DNA from: Fonticula alba ATCC 38817
Taxonomy: Eukaryota > Protista > Nucleariida
Assembly: GCA_000388065.2 (NCBI GenBank)
Contig: KB932201.1
Reading direction: 5' to 3' (one strand)
Length of the DNA stretch: 64,000 nt
Shown: piece by piece, positions 59,706-64,000 of the stretch
Numbering within the stretch: position 1 is the first letter of the stretch
Layout: each line of letters opens with the position of its first letter
Notes under the pieces: model-generated
Database searches by the model: none
What the model saw: only the letters and a program-made list of their open reading frames with translations
Told to the model about the DNA's origin: nothing
Program-made: the position numbers and the translations under genes

Positions 59706-61506
59706 CCCCCTCCCCCTGCTTTTGGGCCCCCTTCCGGCCCATGCCTGCATATCCCCGCTCTTACCCCCTTCGCCTGACCCCTCTGTGCCATATCGCCATC
59801 CTCGTCCGCTCGCCCTTGTGCACATTCCCCCGGGGATTCCCCCAGCTTTTACTATCCCCTTTACACCGAGGCCACGGCCCGGTCGCTGGAGAAGTTCCCC
59901 ATCGTGGAGATTCAACGCAGCCCTCTGGAGCCAGTGTACCTGCAGGTGCTGGCGTCCGGGATTTCCAACAATGTCCCGGCCTTCCTGCGTGGGCTGCTGG
60001 ATCCGCCCAAGGCCGAGCAGGTGGCCGCCGCCGAGAAGATCCTCCTCAATGCCGGCGCCATCAGTCTCGATCGCAAGTCCATCACCCCCCTGGGCCGGCA
60101 GCTGTCCTTCATCCCGGCCGGCATCCGCGCGGCCAAGGCCATCCTCCTGGGCGCGGTGTTCCAATGCCTGGACCCGATGCTCAGTGTGGCGGCCTTCATC
60201 GACGGGAACTCGCCCTTCATTCGAACCACCGATGCAGCCGTGTTGGAGTGCGTGGGCCTTTTTCTCTGTCGATCATTTTCGCCATCTTCCTTTCGGGGTT
60301 CCTGCCCTGGGACGGGGTCTTTGCCCTTTCTTTGGTGTGCTGGCGAGGGGGAAGCCCAAGCGCAGGGCCGGGCGCAGGGATCGGGACTTCCTCTCGGGCC
60401 GGCCGTTCACTCACCTGCTTTCTCTTTCTCTCTCTGTCTCCCTCTCCCTCTCCCTCTCCCTCTCCCTCTCCCTCTCCCTCTTTGCCGCGTGCCTGCTTGT
60501 GAATGTCTGTGTGTGGGACGATGGCTCACGCGCAGAAACCAGCGGTCTCTTATTTGTGAGTTTGGGAATCCCAGCTCCGACCTGCTGACATACCACAACA
60601 TTTACAAGGAGTGGGAAAGTCAGGGTCGCCACTCGGCCCGGTCGCACTTCTGCCAGACATATGGCCTGTCCTTCCTGACGATGCAGTCCGTTCGCGACCT
60701 GCGGTCCATCTTTGCCGAGTCCCTCTTTGGGCTGGGGTTCTTCAAGGGCGACGGGTCGGACTTCAATACATACTCCGCGGCCGGCGGTGTCAGCGGCATC
60801 CTGGCCCTGGACCAGCGTGAGAATTATCCGCTGGTGTTGTCGCTGATTGCGGCGGTCCTGGCGCCGAATGTGGCCGTCACCTCCGGCTTCCGGACCAGCC
60901 CCGGGCCCGGGCAGCTGGACTTGCCGCTGGTCGACCACCGGATCTCCGGCCAGGGTGGCGCGCCGATTTCCATCCACCGGTCCTGCCCGATCGTCACGCA
61001 GAAGCAGCACTTCGCCCGCCGGCCGCATTATCTTGTCTTTGCCAAGAAGCTCATCTCCAGTGGCCTGGCATCGGCGCAGCGACGCGGCCCGCGTGATGCC
61101 CCTCGCGGGGGCACCCCGCCCGCGGCCATCCTCTCGGTCACGGTGGCCACCGAGTCGGCTCTCTGTCTCTTTGCCAATCCGCTGGTCAACCGCATCGAGG
61201 ACCGGGTCATTGAGATTGACAGCTGGCTCAAGATCGAGGCCTCCCCCCGGGTGTCTGGTACGCCTTGCCGACTGGGCTTGTCGGTTGCTGCTCCGACTTT
61301 TCTTTGGCCATGCGAGATGCTGACCCATGTCCGGACACCTGCGCGCCGCTCTTGCAGCCCTTTTCATGGCTTTCCGTGCTCTGCTGGATGAGTTCCTGGT
61401 GTTCACCCTTTCCGCCGGAGCGGCGGCCACCTCGGGCGAGGAGTCGCGCGAGGCCATGCAAGCGCACCTCATCAGCCAGCTCAAGATCCTCCTTTCCATC
61501 AAGTAG
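55014..61506 (+). CDS. DHX57: DEAH/RHA RNA helicase, DHX57/YLR419W/Ucp12-like (dsRBD-like, UBA-like, RWD, helicase core, HA2), 1416 aa
   Basis: 13 exons: 55014..55325, 55506..55661, 55887..56087, 56278..56409, 56577..57462, 57679..57902, 58028..58161, 58368..58817, 59013..59348, 59508..59654, 59846..60247, 60536..61257, 61358..61506. Motifs: WTGKLP, GETGSGKTTQVPQ, TQPRR, DEVHER, MSAT, STNVAE, QRQGRAGR, SDLL. Confidence 0.9.
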
Positions 61507-61592
61507 GCCCGCCGTTGGCCGTTCCCCCCCTCCCTCCGGCTGGGCGGCCATCGATCCCTGCGCGAGAAAAAAAAAAGGGGCCAAAAGGGGGA

Positions 61593-62068
61593 GCAACACA
61601 CAACCCCACCCGGGCCTTGTTGTTCGGTCACACCCATGCGCTGCGCCGGGCTCCCCACAAGTGCCTCCAATACACATAGACCGCCTTCACCTTTTCACCG
61701 AGTCCGCGGCCACGCGCGTCTTTCTGTCGCACCGCTGAGAGTCCCCCCGACAACGGGGCACGGACGGCCTCTCACGGCCGGTGCCAGGGTCCCAAGCTAA
61801 GGAGTGGGTGTTTGGGTGTGGGGCCGATTGGCAACACACAACCCCACCCGGGCCTTGTTGTTCGGTCACACCCATGCGCTGCGCCGGGCTCCCCACAAGT
61901 GCCTCCAATACACATAGACCGCCTTCACCTTTTCACCGAGTCCGCGGCCACGCGCGTCTTTCTGTCGCACCGCTGAGAGTCCCCCCGACAACGGGGCACG
62001 GACGGCCTCTCACGGCCGGTGCCAGGGTCCCAAGCTAAGGAGTGGGTGTTTGGGTGTGGGGCCGATTG
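61593..62068. repeat. Perfect 238-bp tandem duplication (61593..61830 / 61831..62068), intergenic
   Basis: The two copies are identical by reading, with no adapter or gap at the junction. Confidence 0.95.
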
Positions 62069-62492
62069 GTGCATCGGTTGGCACTTCGCGCCATCGGTCA
62101 TACCTGCTCCAGAGGGCGCCGGTATGTACGCATCTGTGCGGAAGCTTGTGTGCCTGTGCGCAGGGGCATGTGTGTGTGTGTGTTTATGTGTGTGAACACG
62201 CTCTTGGCGCGCCTGCGACATGGGCCCTCCCGGGGAGGGGTGCAATCTAGCTTGCCCTGGCTTTGGCGGGGGTGTGGGGGCATTCTTTTGCATGCAACGG
62301 GTGTGCGCCACACACCTCGGCGCCAGGCACTCCCCGCCACCTACTTCCTCCCGCTGCCTCCTCTGCTCCCTACTCCTGCCCACCTGCCGGCTTGACGCCC
62401 CTCCTCCCTGCTCATCCCCCCCCCCCTCCTCCTCCCCTCCGCCTGTCTGCCTGCCCCCTCCTCGCGGCCGCCCGAGCAGCCTCAGCGCATCC

Positions 62493-64000
62493 ATGCCCCG
62501 GCTCGGAGGGGACCCTGCCGGCATGGCCGACGCCGGCCCCGGGCAGTACCCTCTCTTCTTCATGGAGCGACTCCTGTCTCTGGAGTCGTCGGATGATGTG
62601 CCCGCCTCTTCCCCGATGGAGGCGCAGATTGGCGGGGCGTCGGCGGATCTGCTGCCAGCCGGCGCCACCCCCCGGCAAACGCCGGAGTTCATCTCCCCTG
62701 GCCGATCGATTCTCAGTAGTGCCAGCGTGACCACGGCCAGTCGCTTCATCCTGGCACTGCTGGTATCGCCGAACTTCGTCATCATCCTGACTTCGCCCCA
62801 CGGCGGCGAGCCAACCGTCTCGGTGGTGCGCACATCCCGGCCCGCGCCTGGCCTTTTCTCACATTCGCCCCGGTTGTCTGACCTCGCCGGCGCCGTCTGG
62901 CCTCGCATCGTCCGGCTCCCCCTTTCGCAGTACGAGGGCTTCCCCGATTCAGCCCGGCGCCTGTCATCCATCGCCCTGAGTCCCTCTGGGGAGTGGTTGT
63001 CGATCGTCTGCCTGGACTCCTCGGTGTACACGCTGGCCATCGACGGTGCACCATCCACCAATCCCACTCCCGGAGAAGCATCCAGGCCGGATGGCGGTAC
63101 GGTGCGCCTGACCAGCGTGGGTCTTCTCCTTCACGATCACCGCGCCCCGGCAGCCAGCTCGGACACCGGGCTACTTGCCGGCCGGCCGCGATCTGGCACT
63201 CTCAAGCAGACTTTCCTCGGGGGGCAGGATTCCCTGCTGCAGGGGATCGAGCAGTTCCTCCCTTCGGTCAAGTCCATCATCTACTCGTCCATTGACCCGG
63301 GGCAGGCGGCGGCCGTCACTGCCCCGCCTTTGCGGTACTCCTGCCCCTTGGAGCAGGTCCCCTCCGCGCCGGCCCAGTATCCCTGGCGTGCTGGGGCCTA
63401 CAACCTCATCTTCCAGCTTCCCGCCTCCGCGGGCGGCGGCTCTCCCATGTGCTCGGCGTACGGGATATCGATCTGCTTTTTTCTCCCTCCCCCCCCCCCT
63501 CTCTCTCTCTCTCTTTCTCTCTCTCTCCTTTGCGACATTGCGTTTGCTGATTGCGGCATGCTCGATCCCCCTCCCCTTCCTCCTCCTTCCGGCTCTACTT
63601 GCAGCTGGTGGACCTCTTCGCGCGGGGCGGATTACCTTTTGCTGGGAAGCGAAAGCCACCTTTACATCATTGACCTCGCTTCCCGGGAGGTTGTCCAATC
63701 ATATCCGCTCGACGTGCGTCCTCCCTTGCTCGGTTGCTGGGTGTATCACCCTCCTGTCCATCGGCTAACTGTCCGGTTTCCCTTCGCTATGCTCCGCTTC
63801 GCCCCCGTCTGCCTACCCCGCTCGCTTCTCTTTCCTACCGGGCGTTCAATCTCAGCGGCACCCCATCTCCATCGAGGTCGTATCCTTGGAGAGCTCCAAC
63901 ATGACGGTGGCCATCATTCAAACGATCTCCAAGGAATATTGGAAGGTACGTACAGCCGAGCCGCCGCCCGTGCACAAACACGGCCACACACACACACACA
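62493..64000 (+). CDS. Hypothetical beta-propeller-like protein, 5' part (absent from the ORF track because it has no stop in the window)
   Basis: Exons 62493..63457, 63605..63713 and 63856..63945, then an intron to the window end. WD40-like strands: LSSIALSPSGEWLSIVCLDSSVYTLAI, WWTSSRGADYLLLGSESHLYIIDLASREVV. Confidence 0.7.
   Translation, partial: MPRLGGDPAGMADAGPGQYPLFFMERLLSLESSDDVPASSPMEAQIGGASADLLPAGATPRQTPEFISPGRSILSSASVTTASRFILALLVSPNFVIILTSPHGGEPTVSVVRTSRPAPGLFSHSPRLSDLAGAVWPRIVRLPLSQYEGFPDSARRLSSIALSPSGEWLSIVCLDSSVYTLAIDGAPSTNPTPGEASRPDGGTVRLTSVGLLLHDHRAPAASSDTGLLAGRPRSGTLKQTFLGGQDSLLQGIEQFLPSVKSIIYSSIDPGQAAAVTAPPLRYSCPLEQVPSAPAQYPWRAGAYNLIFQLPASAGGGSPMCSAYGISICFFLPPPPPLSLSLSLSLLCDIAFADCGMLDPPPLPPPSGSTCSWWTSSRGADYLLLGSESHLYIIDLASREVVQSYPLDVRPPLLGCWVYHPPVHRLTVRFPFAMLRFAPVCLPRSLLFPTGRSISAAPHLHRGRILGELQHDGGHHSNDLQGILEGTYSRAAARAQTRPHTHT

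Overview
GC-rich, intron-rich eukaryotic DNA from a gapped Illumina draft assembly. It has 13 N-gaps, most abutting poly-G/C runs, and three embedded TruSeq adapter remnants. The gene content, GTGCGT/GTACGT/GTATGT donors and microsatellite or poly-C introns point to an opisthokont protist; a Fonticula alba-like holomycotan is my inference, not a database result. Gene models were built by hand and frame-checked across splice sites. In order they are: a signal-peptide ARM-like protein (SIL1-like?, partial), a large orphan helical protein, phosphoglucomutase PGM2, an SQD2-like GT4 glycosyltransferase present as a circularly permuted or tandem unit, KRR1, a candidate 84-aa two-TM microprotein, a 1848-aa Grainyhead/CP2 transcription factor, tRNA-Arg(ACG), a Tctex-1 dynein light chain, a ~2650-aa Wee1/Myt1-like kinase, HTATSF1/Cus2, AMPK gamma/Snf4, a DHX57/YLR419W-like DEAH helicase, and the 5' part of a beta-propeller-like protein. 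The most interesting leads are: (1) the tail-anchored sulfolipid-synthase-like GT4 in a non-photosynthetic lineage, next to PGM2 and apparently tandemly repeated; (2) the giant Wee1-like kinase with canonical DSGxxS beta-TrCP degrons, one inside a 216-aa N-lobe insertion; (3) an AMPK gamma with a mosaic animal/fungal nucleotide-binding signature and paired CBS2/CBS4 insertions. No mobile element, CRISPR array or rRNA was seen. Most long ORFs in the supplied track are antisense shadows or intron read-through.
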